Shown here piece after piece: positions 16,725-25,561 of a DNA stretch of 64,000 nucleotides. The notes beneath the pieces were generated by a model that worked only from the letters and a program-made list of their open reading frames with translations, was not told the DNA's origin and did no database searches. Source of the stretch: Alphaproteobacteria bacterium. Its GTDB lineage: Bacteria; Pseudomonadota; Alphaproteobacteria; Rickettsiales; JABDBP01. Location: NCBI GenBank assembly GCA_013288565.1, contig JABDBP010000006.1, forward strand, positions 5,088 to 69,087, given 5' to 3'. The position numbers were made by a program, and so were the translations under genes. Each line of letters opens with the position of its first letter. Position 1 is the stretch's first letter.

Positions 16725-19418
16725 ATGCGCTTGAACATATTCATGATGAGTAGGGTGCGGAATGCGGTGGGCAGAAAAACTTTCCTGCACCGGGGCGCAG
16801 CTCTTTTAATCACAATGATTCTTTTCTCCGCACTTTTTGTCGGCAGCCCGGCGCAGGCTGCCCTAGCCCCTGTCACGTGCATCTGTAAGGTTACCGTCGA
16901 TGGCGGCGGAGTCGGTATCAACGGAACGGTATGTGCGTGGAGCGATGGCAGTGGAGCTTGCAATGGTGGCACAGGTGTTGGTGCGGGCAGCGGAGGTTCA
17001 GGTGGCTGCATTGGCGATGGTAACGCGTGCGGTAGTGGTGAATGTTGCAGCTCTTGCAATAGTGTAGGCATATGCGGCTGCATGGGCAGTGGCGGGCAGT
17101 GTAACATGGATGGTGATTGCTGCGACGGAACGGGCTGTGTTAATGGAGAATGCTTACAAGAGGTCGGCATCGGCCCAAAACCAATCCCATGTCCTCCAGG
17201 GGCAACTCAAGGTGGAACTCCCGGCAGTTGCATCTGTCCGACTGGACTAACATTTATTCCTTCCCCAAATGGTGGCGCCGGCACGTGCGGCTGTGCTAAC
17301 GGTGGAATAATAACTGTTGGTGGATTCCCACCCGGCACCATCGTTGGTGGATTCCCACCTAGTACCATATTACCACCCGCTACTATATTACCACCCGGTA
17401 CCATTACATTACCAGGCGGTATCGTTATATTACCACGCGGCACCGTTATATTACCAAACGGCGCTGTGATATCACAGGGTGGTATTACATTACCGCCTGG
17501 TACTACCATACAACAAACTGGTATTATCTTCATTTGCCCTTGTCCACGGGGGACACTGCCTGGCCCCTCGGGTCAATGCGGCAACCCTCCTCCTGTCATC
17601 TGCCCATCAACCTGCAGCGGTGTGCCAGGAGCCAACTCAGGTATGGATCCGTGCGATTGCGGAAATGTTTGTACCGTGGTTATTCCTGCTCCTCCTAGCT
17701 GCGGTTTACTATGCTGCCCACCAGAGCTCAGCAGCGGTGGAATGGGTGGTCACGGCGGTCACGGTGGAACATCCGGCGGTGGTCAAGGATCATCCGGTGG
17801 TGGTCAAGGAACATCTGGCGGTGGCGGCACTACTGGTGGCGGCGGAACATCTGGCGGTGGCGGAACGACCGGCGGCGGAGTCGGAGGTAGCGGTGGAATT
17901 GGTGGATCCGGCGGCGGCAGCGGCGGAACTGGAGGTACATGCACTCCTAGCAGTTTATGCTCGGTCAACGCTGATTGCTGCCCAGGAGAAACATGTGATC
18001 AAGAATTTGGCGTATGTGTAAGCAGCGGCGGCGGAAGCGGCGGTACAGGTGGTGGTTGCCTGGTTTTCAATGCCGATGGCAGCTGCGGTGGAACCGGCGG
18101 ATCGGGAGGTACGGCAGGCTGCATTGCTACAGGCAATCTATGCAACCCTTACGATCCTTCTGGTAGTTGCTGCTCAGGAACATGTTATCAACCCTATACT
18201 CAGGGTGATGCCCAGCCGCCATTCGTATGTGGCGGACCAGCGGGTGGAACTGGAGGAACGGGTGGAACCGGAGGCACTGGTGGAACCGGCGGAACTGGTG
18301 GTACGGGTGGTATCGGAGGCATTGGCGGGACCGGTGGAACTGGAGGTGAAGCCGGTGGAACCGGAGGTGACGCTGGTGGAACCGGAGGTGAAGCCGGTTC
18401 AGGCGGATCTGCCGGTTCAGGCGGAGAGGCCGGAGGTTCAGGCGGAACTGGCGGCGGTGTGGGAGTTGTCCCACCAGCAGCAGCCCTCAATGCTTGCACA
18501 AACAAGGGGGCAAACGCCCAGGTTCCTGGGGCAGTGGTCGCTACCATCGATACGGGCAATGGGCCAGGTGGTGCCTTGTTCAGCTGGATCAATCAAAACC
18601 GTGACAAACTTATGACGGACTTGAGCAACTCCGGCAGCCAGCCAGGGATATCTAGCCCGCTCAACACGGCTACGCAAACCAGCGAACAGGGTTTGAATGT
18701 AAAATCGATTTCGGATAGTTCGCAGGTAATAATTTGCTTGGTGAATACCGTAGGCTCGGGCAACGGCTCCTATTACCCGATGCAGATCGGCAATCTCGGT
18801 AATAACCAATTTATCGCAGTCGTGAATATGACCGGCACGCCTGTACATCTGTTCGGTGTATCAGATACAAATTTAAGCAGGTTGACTCTAGTAGGTGGCA
18901 ATTTCGGTATGCCTCTAGCCATCACGGGCGAAGTACAGCGTATGGCGACGCCACAAACGGATAAAGGTCAAGTAAGCGTAGTCATGAACAGAACAGATGG
19001 CAGCAACATAGCTGGAATATCTACAACGACATTGATCGATCAGAACGGCAATCCGCTTGATACCAAGCTCTCCTACATGCCTTATCAATCGAGGCTTCTG
19101 GCAAATTCAGGCCCTAACTTCGACGCCAACGTTTTGGCCTATGTAGAGAACTGCACCTCAAAAACGAATGGATATATGATTCCCGAAGCATTCAATGATA
19201 CCACCTGCCGCACTCTTGCAGCTAACGCCCTGGGTTATGACCCAGGGCAGCAAATCGGCGGCAAGGAATTCAAGATATCATCTTCCGGCATCGGCGGGAC
19301 TCCTCCTGTCGGGATAATAGGTAAGTTCTTCGCTGCATCTACGGCAAAAATAGATAGTAACATGTTACAAACTCAAGAAGACTTCAAAATATGGCAGAAG
19401 CAGTGGGCAAATCCTTAA
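16725..19418 (+). CDS. Secreted Cys-rich/Gly-rich mosaic protein (897 aa), function unknown
   Basis: SD GAGGGAG; signal peptide ending AQA; four C-C-CC-C-C modules, PxxT(I/V)(L/I) hexapeptides, long GGT/GGS tracts, ~310-aa C-terminal domain. Confidence 0.85.
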   Translation: MRLNIFMMSRVRNAVGRKTFLHRGAALLITMILFSALFVGSPAQAALAPVTCICKVTVDGGGVGINGTVCAWSDGSGACNGGTGVGAGSGGSGGCIGDGNACGSGECCSSCNSVGICGCMGSGGQCNMDGDCCDGTGCVNGECLQEVGIGPKPIPCPPGATQGGTPGSCICPTGLTFIPSPNGGAGTCGCANGGIITVGGFPPGTIVGGFPPSTILPPATILPPGTITLPGGIVILPRGTVILPNGAVISQGGITLPPGTTIQQTGIIFICPCPRGTLPGPSGQCGNPPPVICPSTCSGVPGANSGMDPCDCGNVCTVVIPAPPSCGLLCCPPELSSGGMGGHGGHGGTSGGGQGSSGGGQGTSGGGGTTGGGGTSGGGGTTGGGVGGSGGIGGSGGGSGGTGGTCTPSSLCSVNADCCPGETCDQEFGVCVSSGGGSGGTGGGCLVFNADGSCGGTGGSGGTAGCIATGNLCNPYDPSGSCCSGTCYQPYTQGDAQPPFVCGGPAGGTGGTGGTGGTGGTGGTGGTGGIGGIGGTGGTGGEAGGTGGDAGGTGGEAGSGGSAGSGGEAGGSGGTGGGVGVVPPAAALNACTNKGANAQVPGAVVATIDTGNGPGGALFSWINQNRDKLMTDLSNSGSQPGISSPLNTATQTSEQGLNVKSISDSSQVIICLVNTVGSGNGSYYPMQIGNLGNNQFIAVVNMTGTPVHLFGVSDTNLSRLTLVGGNFGMPLAITGEVQRMATPQTDKGQVSVVMNRTDGSNIAGISTTTLIDQNGNPLDTKLSYMPYQSRLLANSGPNFDANVLAYVENCTSKTNGYMIPEAFNDTTCRTLAANALGYDPGQQIGGKEFKISSSGIGGTPPVGIIGKFFAASTAKIDSNMLQTQEDFKIWQKQWANP

Positions 19419-19430
19419 GAATTCGGCCTC

Positions 19431-21038
19431 TCAATCCAACATCCCGTACGCTCCCAAGGTGAGGAACTCGGGGAATTTCGGGCTTAGAACCAGGCTTTCC
19501 AGGAATTTGTAAGCTTTCTCATAAGGCGCGGCAGAAAATTTCGCTTCTCCCACCTCCCGCCTGATTTTCTCCAGTTCCTCATCCATTATTTTTTTGAACA
19601 TCTCTGCGGTTACGGTTTCGCCAGTGGCAAGTTTCGCTTTATGCCTTATCCATTGCCAGATTTGCGCTCTCGCAATTTCAGCGGTCGCGGCATCTTCCAT
19701 CAGGTTAAAAATTGGCACACAGCCGACTCCACGCAGCCACGATTCCAAATAACGGATGGAAACGGCGATGTTATTCCTTAACCCTGCTTCGGTGATTTCG
19801 CCTGCGGGCACTTGCAATAAATCGGCAGCGGTGACATTCACATCATCGCGCAACCGCGCTAGTTGATTCTGTCCGGGCATTAGCCGATCGAAAACCTCTT
19901 TCGCCGTACTGATTAATCCCGGATGTGCAACCCAGGTTCCGTCATGCCCGTCGCCCGCCTCGCGCTCCTTATCGGCCTTCACGTTGGCTATCGCTTCTTC
20001 ATTGGCGGCGGGGTCATTTTTTATCGGGATGAATGCCGCCATCCCGCCCATCGCAAATGCTCCGCGCCGGTGGCAGGTTTTTATCAGCAATAATGAATAG
20101 AGCCTAAGAAAGTGGCTAGTCATGGCAACTTTCGCGCGGTCGGGGAGAATGAATTTCGGATCATTGGAAAATTTCTTGATGAAACTAAAAATATAATCCC
20201 ACCGTCCGCAATTAAGGCCCACCGCGTAATCGCGCAGTTCGTATAAAATCTCATCAATCTCGAAGGCGGCCAAAATAGTTTCGATTAAAACCGTCACTTT
20301 TATAGTGCCTTTTTTGAGGCCGCATTTCCGCTCGGTATGGGCGAAGATTTCGGCCCAGACCCGGGCTTCCTTATGGCTCTCCAGTTTGGGCAGATAAAAA
20401 TATGGTGCGGTTTTTTTCGCCAATAATTTTTTATGGTTATGGAAAAAATATAATCCGAAATCGAACAGCGCGCCTAATATCGGCTCGCCATCCACCAGGA
20501 AATGTTTCTCCGCCAAATGCCAGCCGCGCGGGCGCACGATGAGGGTCGCCAGGCCGGTTTTATTTAGGTGATATTTTTTCCCCTCCGGCGATTCATAAGC
20601 GATAGCGCCGTTTATAGCATCCTGCAAATTCAACTGCCCTTGTATGGTGTTTTCCCAGGTCGGCGTGTGCGAATCCTCGAAATCCGCCATAAAAACTTTC
20701 GCGCCGGAATTCATCGCGTTTATTATCATTTTGCGGTCCACAGGGCCAGTTATCTCTACACGCCGATCCTGCAAATCACTAGGAATTCCGGCAATTTTCC
20801 AATCGCTTTCCCGGATATTTTTCGTCTCCGGCAAAAAATCCGGCAATTTCCCGGCCTTGATTTCCTGTTGACGGATTTCCCGAGCTTTCAGAAACTCCTG
20901 CACTTGGGGCAAAAATTTCCGCGATAATTCCGCGATGAACTCGCAAGCCTCTGAAGTCAGGATTTCTGAAAATTCCTTATTCATTTCTCCCAAAATCCTA
21001 TATCCCGCCGCCGGTTTTTTCGCTGCGCTTTCCATCAC
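19431..21038 (-). CDS. aceB: Malate synthase A
   Basis: DRRVEITGP, MADFED, GLNCGRWDYIFS, GHDGTWVAHP, MEDAATAEI; 535 aa matches type A size. Confidence 0.96.
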   Translation of the reverse strand: MMESAAKKPAAGYRILGEMNKEFSEILTSEACEFIAELSRKFLPQVQEFLKAREIRQQEIKAGKLPDFLPETKNIRESDWKIAGIPSDLQDRRVEITGPVDRKMIINAMNSGAKVFMADFEDSHTPTWENTIQGQLNLQDAINGAIAYESPEGKKYHLNKTGLATLIVRPRGWHLAEKHFLVDGEPILGALFDFGLYFFHNHKKLLAKKTAPYFYLPKLESHKEARVWAEIFAHTERKCGLKKGTIKVTVLIETILAAFEIDEILYELRDYAVGLNCGRWDYIFSFIKKFSNDPKFILPDRAKVAMTSHFLRLYSLLLIKTCHRRGAFAMGGMAAFIPIKNDPAANEEAIANVKADKEREAGDGHDGTWVAHPGLISTAKEVFDRLMPGQNQLARLRDDVNVTAADLLQVPAGEITEAGLRNNIAVSIRYLESWLRGVGCVPIFNLMEDAATAEIARAQIWQWIRHKAKLATGETVTAEMFKKIMDEELEKIRREVGEAKFSAAPYEKAYKFLESLVLSPKFPEFLTLGAYGMLD

Positions 21039-21331
21039 TCCCCCGCCAATTTTTCTGTCTCGAATTTGAACATACGGGCGATTAATGATGCCGGAAATTT
21101 CTGCAATTCAGCGTTATATTCCCTGGTTGTATCGGCGAAGAATTTTTTCGCCGCAGCTGTTTTGTTTTCTGCCGTCTCCGGCGCATCCCCACCACCCGCA
21201 GGGAGTTTTACTTGCATTTCCATATCGGCGCGGGAATTACTCAACTGCTGGCGCAAGCGCTCCAGCCGATTATAAATTATCGCACCGTACATAGCAATCG
21301 CACCCGCTATCCAGATTATGATCCACAACAT
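21035..21331 (-). CDS. Shortened LemA-family membrane protein (98 aa)
   Basis: N-terminal TM plus YNRLERLR...ADMEMQ, then ENKTAAAKKFF...EYNAELQKFPASLIARMFKF; stop overlaps the aceB start. Confidence 0.7.
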   Translation of the reverse strand: MLWIIIWIAGAIAMYGAIIYNRLERLRQQLSNSRADMEMQVKLPAGGGDAPETAENKTAAAKKFFADTTREYNAELQKFPASLIARMFKFETEKLAGE

Positions 21332-21401
21332 ACCGCCAATATAGTCGTTTATGCCCGCTTGAAAATAGAAAAAATATGGTGCAGGATGCTTAACTAAAAT
21401 T

Positions 21402-22049
21402 ATGCCTGATATTTTCGACGAAGTAACCGAAGACCTGAAAAAGGAAAACCTAGCCGCGCTGGTAAAAAAATACGGCAAAAGCGTTGGGCTAGGCTGTTTT
21501 TTCATCCTGCTCGCTGTATCAGTTTACGTCGGGTGGCAGGGCTGGCGGCAGTCCGCCGAAGGAAAAGCAGTGACGGCCTATATGAACGCCACAAACCTGC
21601 TGGCGGGCGGTGCAGCAAACCGAGGAATCACCTCACTTTCCGATCTGGTCGAAAACGCGCCGCATCCGGTCAAGGAAATGGCGGGGCTCCGCGCTGGAGC
21701 TTATCTTCTACAACAGAGCAAGAAGGCAGAGGCATTCGGCCTATATCAGAAAATCGCCGATTCAAGCAATGATGAACCATTTCGTAGCCTTGCGATCGTG
21801 ATATTGGCGAAGAACACCATAGGAAATAAGGATGAGGAGAATAAATACGATGTAAAGAACCGGCTGCAATTGGTGGCGGCTGGGTCGCTGTTCGCCGCAT
21901 CGGCTGAGGAAATGCTGGCGCTAATGGCAATAGAAAACGGCGATGCTGGGACAGCGAAAAAAAACCTTCTCCTGATTTCTAATAATTCTACCGCCCCGCC
22001 GGGAATAAAAAAACGCGCGGAGGATTTGCTTGTGGCTTATGAAAAATAA
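21402..22049 (+). CDS. YfgM-like TPR membrane protein (ancillary SecYEG/BAM factor)
   Basis: MPDIFDEVTEDLK N-terminus, single TM; conserved position before bamB-der. Confidence 0.85.
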   Translation: MPDIFDEVTEDLKKENLAALVKKYGKSVGLGCFFILLAVSVYVGWQGWRQSAEGKAVTAYMNATNLLAGGAANRGITSLSDLVENAPHPVKEMAGLRAGAYLLQQSKKAEAFGLYQKIADSSNDEPFRSLAIVILAKNTIGNKDEENKYDVKNRLQLVAAGSLFAASAEEMLALMAIENGDAGTAKKNLLLISNNSTAPPGIKKRAEDLLVAYEK

Positions 22050-23352
22050 AACTGCAGTCACCTTACTGATCCTGGTTCTCACTGGGTGCAGCTGGCTGCC
22101 TGACTGGATGGGAGGCGAAGAGGAGGCAGAGAAAAAAATGCCGGGAACACGCATTTCCGTCCTTGAGGATAAGAGCGTGTTGGCAGTCGATAAGGACGCG
22201 GAAAAACCCGCTATATCCTTGCCGCAAGTCAAGGTCAACGATTTTTTCCAGGACGCAGGCAGCACTCCGGCAGAAAACCTGGCGTTACCGGAAAAATTCG
22301 CGCACATTGAGGAGGATTCATCCGGAGATGCTAGCCCACGCGAATTCCGCATCACCGCCTCCCCGATAATTGCCGGGAACAAGGTTTTTGTGCTGGACGG
22401 CGATGGCGTGCTTTTCGCGCATGATTCGGCAAGCATCGGAAAAATTCTCTGGCACGTTGATTTAACCGGCGGGAAGGAAAATTTCCTAAACGGCTGGATC
22501 ACTTACGATTCCGGCAAAATTTTTGCAATCAGCGCCAGCGTAGTAACCTGCCTTTCGGCGGAAAACGGAAATATTTTATGGCAAAGAGAGGTAGATACGC
22601 CGATCAAACCCTCTGCCATAGCCAAAAACGGCACACTTTTCTTCATCACCTCCGACAATGAACTTTATGCCGTTACCGAGGAGGACGGTCGGACTCTGTG
22701 GATGCATTCCGGGATCGCAACAAACGTTGGAATACTTGGCGCTGCAGCACCGTTGGTAACTGAAAAATACGTAATCGTTCCCTATTCATCCGGTGAGATT
22801 TTTGCTTTAAGGCCGGATAATGGCAAGCCGGTCTGGTCGGATTCATTGACGGGGAAAAAATCCAACAGCAACAGCTCGGTCTATGCCCTGACTGACATTG
22901 ATGCCGACCCGGTGACCGACGGCCAGTTCGTCTATGCCGGAAGCAACCAGGGGGTTTTCCTCGCCAAGGAACTAGATTCCGGCAGGACGGTGTGGCAAAA
23001 GGAAATATCAGTGTTGAAAACTCCCTGGCTTGCCGGGGATTATATATATTTGCTGGATACGGACGGTCAGGCCGTCGCCATGAATAAAAAAGACGGCAGG
23101 ATAAGATGGGTAGCGCCGCTCGCCGCGAAAGACCAGAAGCCTGAGGACAAAGTAGCGTGGAATGGCCCGGTGATGGCGGGCGGGCGGCTGCTGATTTCTG
23201 GATCGGACAGCTCGCTGCTTTTCCTTGCACCGGATGATGGAAAAATCATAAAGCGCGAAGAAATCATCCCTAATGTTTACCTCCGCCCCGCCGTGGCAAA
23301 TGCCACCATTTTCCTACTAAATGATAAAGCGAGACTTGCCTCCTACCGTTAA
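22039..23352 (+). CDS. bamB: Outer membrane protein assembly factor BamB (PQQ-like beta-propeller lipoprotein)
   Basis: Lipobox LTGC, repeated GxxxW propeller blades, yfgM-bamB-der synteny. Confidence 0.85.
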   Translation: MKNKTAVTLLILVLTGCSWLPDWMGGEEEAEKKMPGTRISVLEDKSVLAVDKDAEKPAISLPQVKVNDFFQDAGSTPAENLALPEKFAHIEEDSSGDASPREFRITASPIIAGNKVFVLDGDGVLFAHDSASIGKILWHVDLTGGKENFLNGWITYDSGKIFAISASVVTCLSAENGNILWQREVDTPIKPSAIAKNGTLFFITSDNELYAVTEEDGRTLWMHSGIATNVGILGAAAPLVTEKYVIVPYSSGEIFALRPDNGKPVWSDSLTGKKSNSNSSVYALTDIDADPVTDGQFVYAGSNQGVFLAKELDSGRTVWQKEISVLKTPWLAGDYIYLLDTDGQAVAMNKKDGRIRWVAPLAAKDQKPEDKVAWNGPVMAGGRLLISGSDSSLLFLAPDDGKIIKREEIIPNVYLRPAVANATIFLLNDKARLASYR

Positions 23353-23438
23353 TATATTGAATTTACTAGGGGAAAACCTACCCTTCTGGCATCTAGATTT
23401 TTGAGGATTCATGATGACAAATATAGTATCATGAGAGG

Positions 23439-24146
23439 ATGTCCTACGATAAGAAAACTACCCGCTACGAGGCGATAGAACCAGTCGAATCCGCTGAGCA
23501 GGTGCAGTCGGTCTCGGAAGGTGTGGATGCAGTCGGGTTCCAGCCACCGGAACATGAATATGTGCAAGAGAAGCGGCGCGATATGCTGTTGCATCGAATT
23601 GCAGAAAGATTGGCCAGGATGTTGAGATTCAACAATAAGGAAAAATTAAAGAAACCTGAGGCGCCGGCAGCACGGATGGGAAAAGTGGCCGGATTGGCTG
23701 TCTCCGCACTGACGCAAAATCCAGCTGACCGGGATTCCAAGCAGCAGACCGCCATGGCTCGTCGGCCGGAATATGTCGAGGTAGGACACGGCAGCTTAAA
23801 GGCAAGCCATTCCGCATCAGGCCCGCAAGCAAAACTGACTGCGGATAGAACCTTAAAGCACGAGCTGAAGCACGAGGAAAAACACCATTCGCTTGAACAT
23901 CATTTTGAGCATAATAAGCCAGCACATAATTCCCCTATCGGCCGGGCCGAGCATAAGTTGGCACACAAAGCCGAACATGAAATAGGAAAGCGCCTGATAG
24001 ATGTGGCAGCACATCTTGTCTCTCCCCAGATAGGTCTTATTGTTGATGCTGTAGAGGCAAGTCACCCAACAGCAACTCCAACAAAAACCACTAATCATGG
24101 CCACAACGACTCTGACGGCTCCCATGGTTCCCACGGCGGAAGATAA
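23439..24146 (+). CDS. Orphan His-rich, largely low-complexity protein (235 aa)
   Basis: SD GAGAGG; fills the bamB-der gap; KHELKHEEKHHSLEHHFEH tract. Confidence 0.7.
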   Translation: MSYDKKTTRYEAIEPVESAEQVQSVSEGVDAVGFQPPEHEYVQEKRRDMLLHRIAERLARMLRFNNKEKLKKPEAPAARMGKVAGLAVSALTQNPADRDSKQQTAMARRPEYVEVGHGSLKASHSASGPQAKLTADRTLKHELKHEEKHHSLEHHFEHNKPAHNSPIGRAEHKLAHKAEHEIGKRLIDVAAHLVSPQIGLIVDAVEASHPTATPTKTTNHGHNDSDGSHGSHGGR

Positions 24147-24198
24147 GCCCACCTTTCCCACTTGCTAACCGGCCATCCTCTACTCTATTAATCCTTCC

Positions 24199-25542
24199 AT
24201 GCTTAAAATCGCTATTATCGGCAGGCCGAATGTCGGCAAATCGACGCTGTTCAACCGCTTGGCTGGAAAGAAACTCGCCGTGACCGGCGATATGCCTGGC
24301 GTCACCCGTGACCGGCATTATGCGGAAGGTTCCATCGGGCCGCTCGAATTCCGTATGGTTGATACTGCCGGGTTGGAGAAGGATTTTTCAAATGATACAG
24401 CGGAAAAAAGTTTCGCGCAGACCGGCAAGGCGCTGGCTGAGGCCGATCTGGCGCTATTTTTGATTGATGCTAGAGATGGGATAACACCGCTTGATTCACA
24501 TTTTGCCGCTTGGCTCAAGAAAAAAAACCGGCCGGTTTTGCTGGTAGCTAACAAGGCAGAGGGACGGATAGACGGCGGCGTTTTAGCGGAAAGCCATGTA
24601 CTCGGATTCGGCGAGCCGGTGACGATTTCGGCGGAACATGGCGAAGGATTGATGGAGTTGTTTGAGCGCATTGAGGATTTCCGGACAAAAATGCAAATCG
24701 CGTGGATGGAAAAAGCACCGGAAGGGGAAAAATTATTGCGAATAACCATAGCCGGGCGCCCAAATTCCGGCAAGTCCACCCTGCTGAACGCTATAGCGGG
24801 CGAGGAGCGGACGGTGACCGGTGCCGAAGCTGGAACCACGCGTGACAGTATTTCAATATCTGCTGAATATGGTGGAAAAAAATTCGAAATTGTAGATACG
24901 GCAGGACTCCGTAAAAAATCGAACATCACCGGCCAGGTGGAAAAAACTTCTGCTAGCCAGACTCTGCGCTCGATAAAATACGCCAATGTCGTAATCCTTG
25001 TGCTGGACGCGACCTTAAACTTGGAGAAACAGGATTTATCCATCGCCGACCTGGTTTTGCAGGAGGGCCGCGCGCTGGTAATCGCAGTCAACAAATGGGA
25101 TTTGATCGAGGATCATTCAGGCTTCAAGAGCGAGATAGAGTACCGGCTCGAGCAATCGCTTTCGCAGGTGAAAAAACTGCCGCTGATTTTTATTTCCGCC
25201 AAAATCGGCAAAAATATAGACAAATTGATAAAAGCCTGTTTCGCCACTTTTGAAATGTGGAACACGGAAATCAGCACCGGGCAGTTGAACCGCTGGCTCG
25301 CGCGGGCGGTGGAAAGCCATACTCCGCCGATGGTGAAGGGCCGCAGGATCAAGCTCCGCTACATGACGCAAACTTCGACTAGGCCACCCGCTTTCGTGAT
25401 ATTCGTCAGTAACAGCGCCGATTTTCCAGAAAGCTACCTGCGCTATTTAAGCAATTCGCTGAAGGAGGAATTTGTGCTGGAAGGAATCACCATCCGCATC
25501 AATCTCAAGAAAAACAAAAATCCGTTTACCGAGTCAGCTTAA
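24199..25542 (+). CDS. der: Ribosome biogenesis GTPase Der (EngA)
   Basis: Two tandem G-domains (GRPNVGKS, GRPNSGKS; DTAG; NKAE/NKWD) plus KH-like C-terminus. Confidence 0.98.
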   Translation: MLKIAIIGRPNVGKSTLFNRLAGKKLAVTGDMPGVTRDRHYAEGSIGPLEFRMVDTAGLEKDFSNDTAEKSFAQTGKALAEADLALFLIDARDGITPLDSHFAAWLKKKNRPVLLVANKAEGRIDGGVLAESHVLGFGEPVTISAEHGEGLMELFERIEDFRTKMQIAWMEKAPEGEKLLRITIAGRPNSGKSTLLNAIAGEERTVTGAEAGTTRDSISISAEYGGKKFEIVDTAGLRKKSNITGQVEKTSASQTLRSIKYANVVILVLDATLNLEKQDLSIADLVLQEGRALVIAVNKWDLIEDHSGFKSEIEYRLEQSLSQVKKLPLIFISAKIGKNIDKLIKACFATFEMWNTEISTGQLNRWLARAVESHTPPMVKGRRIKLRYMTQTSTRPPAFVIFVSNSADFPESYLRYLSNSLKEEFVLEGITIRINLKKNKNPFTESA

Positions 25543-25561
25543 GGCTTTAATCTCTCTATTT

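Noticed and set aside
17730-18460. GGTGGAAC(C/T)-type tandem repeats as a possible CRISPR or non-coding array
   Set aside because: They encode Gly-Gly-Thr tracts in frame; no constant repeat-spacer structure and no cas genes.
21332-21505. 156-aa version of the LemA-like ORF
   Set aside because: The extension overlaps the divergent yfgM-like gene; the TM-start ATG is at 21331.
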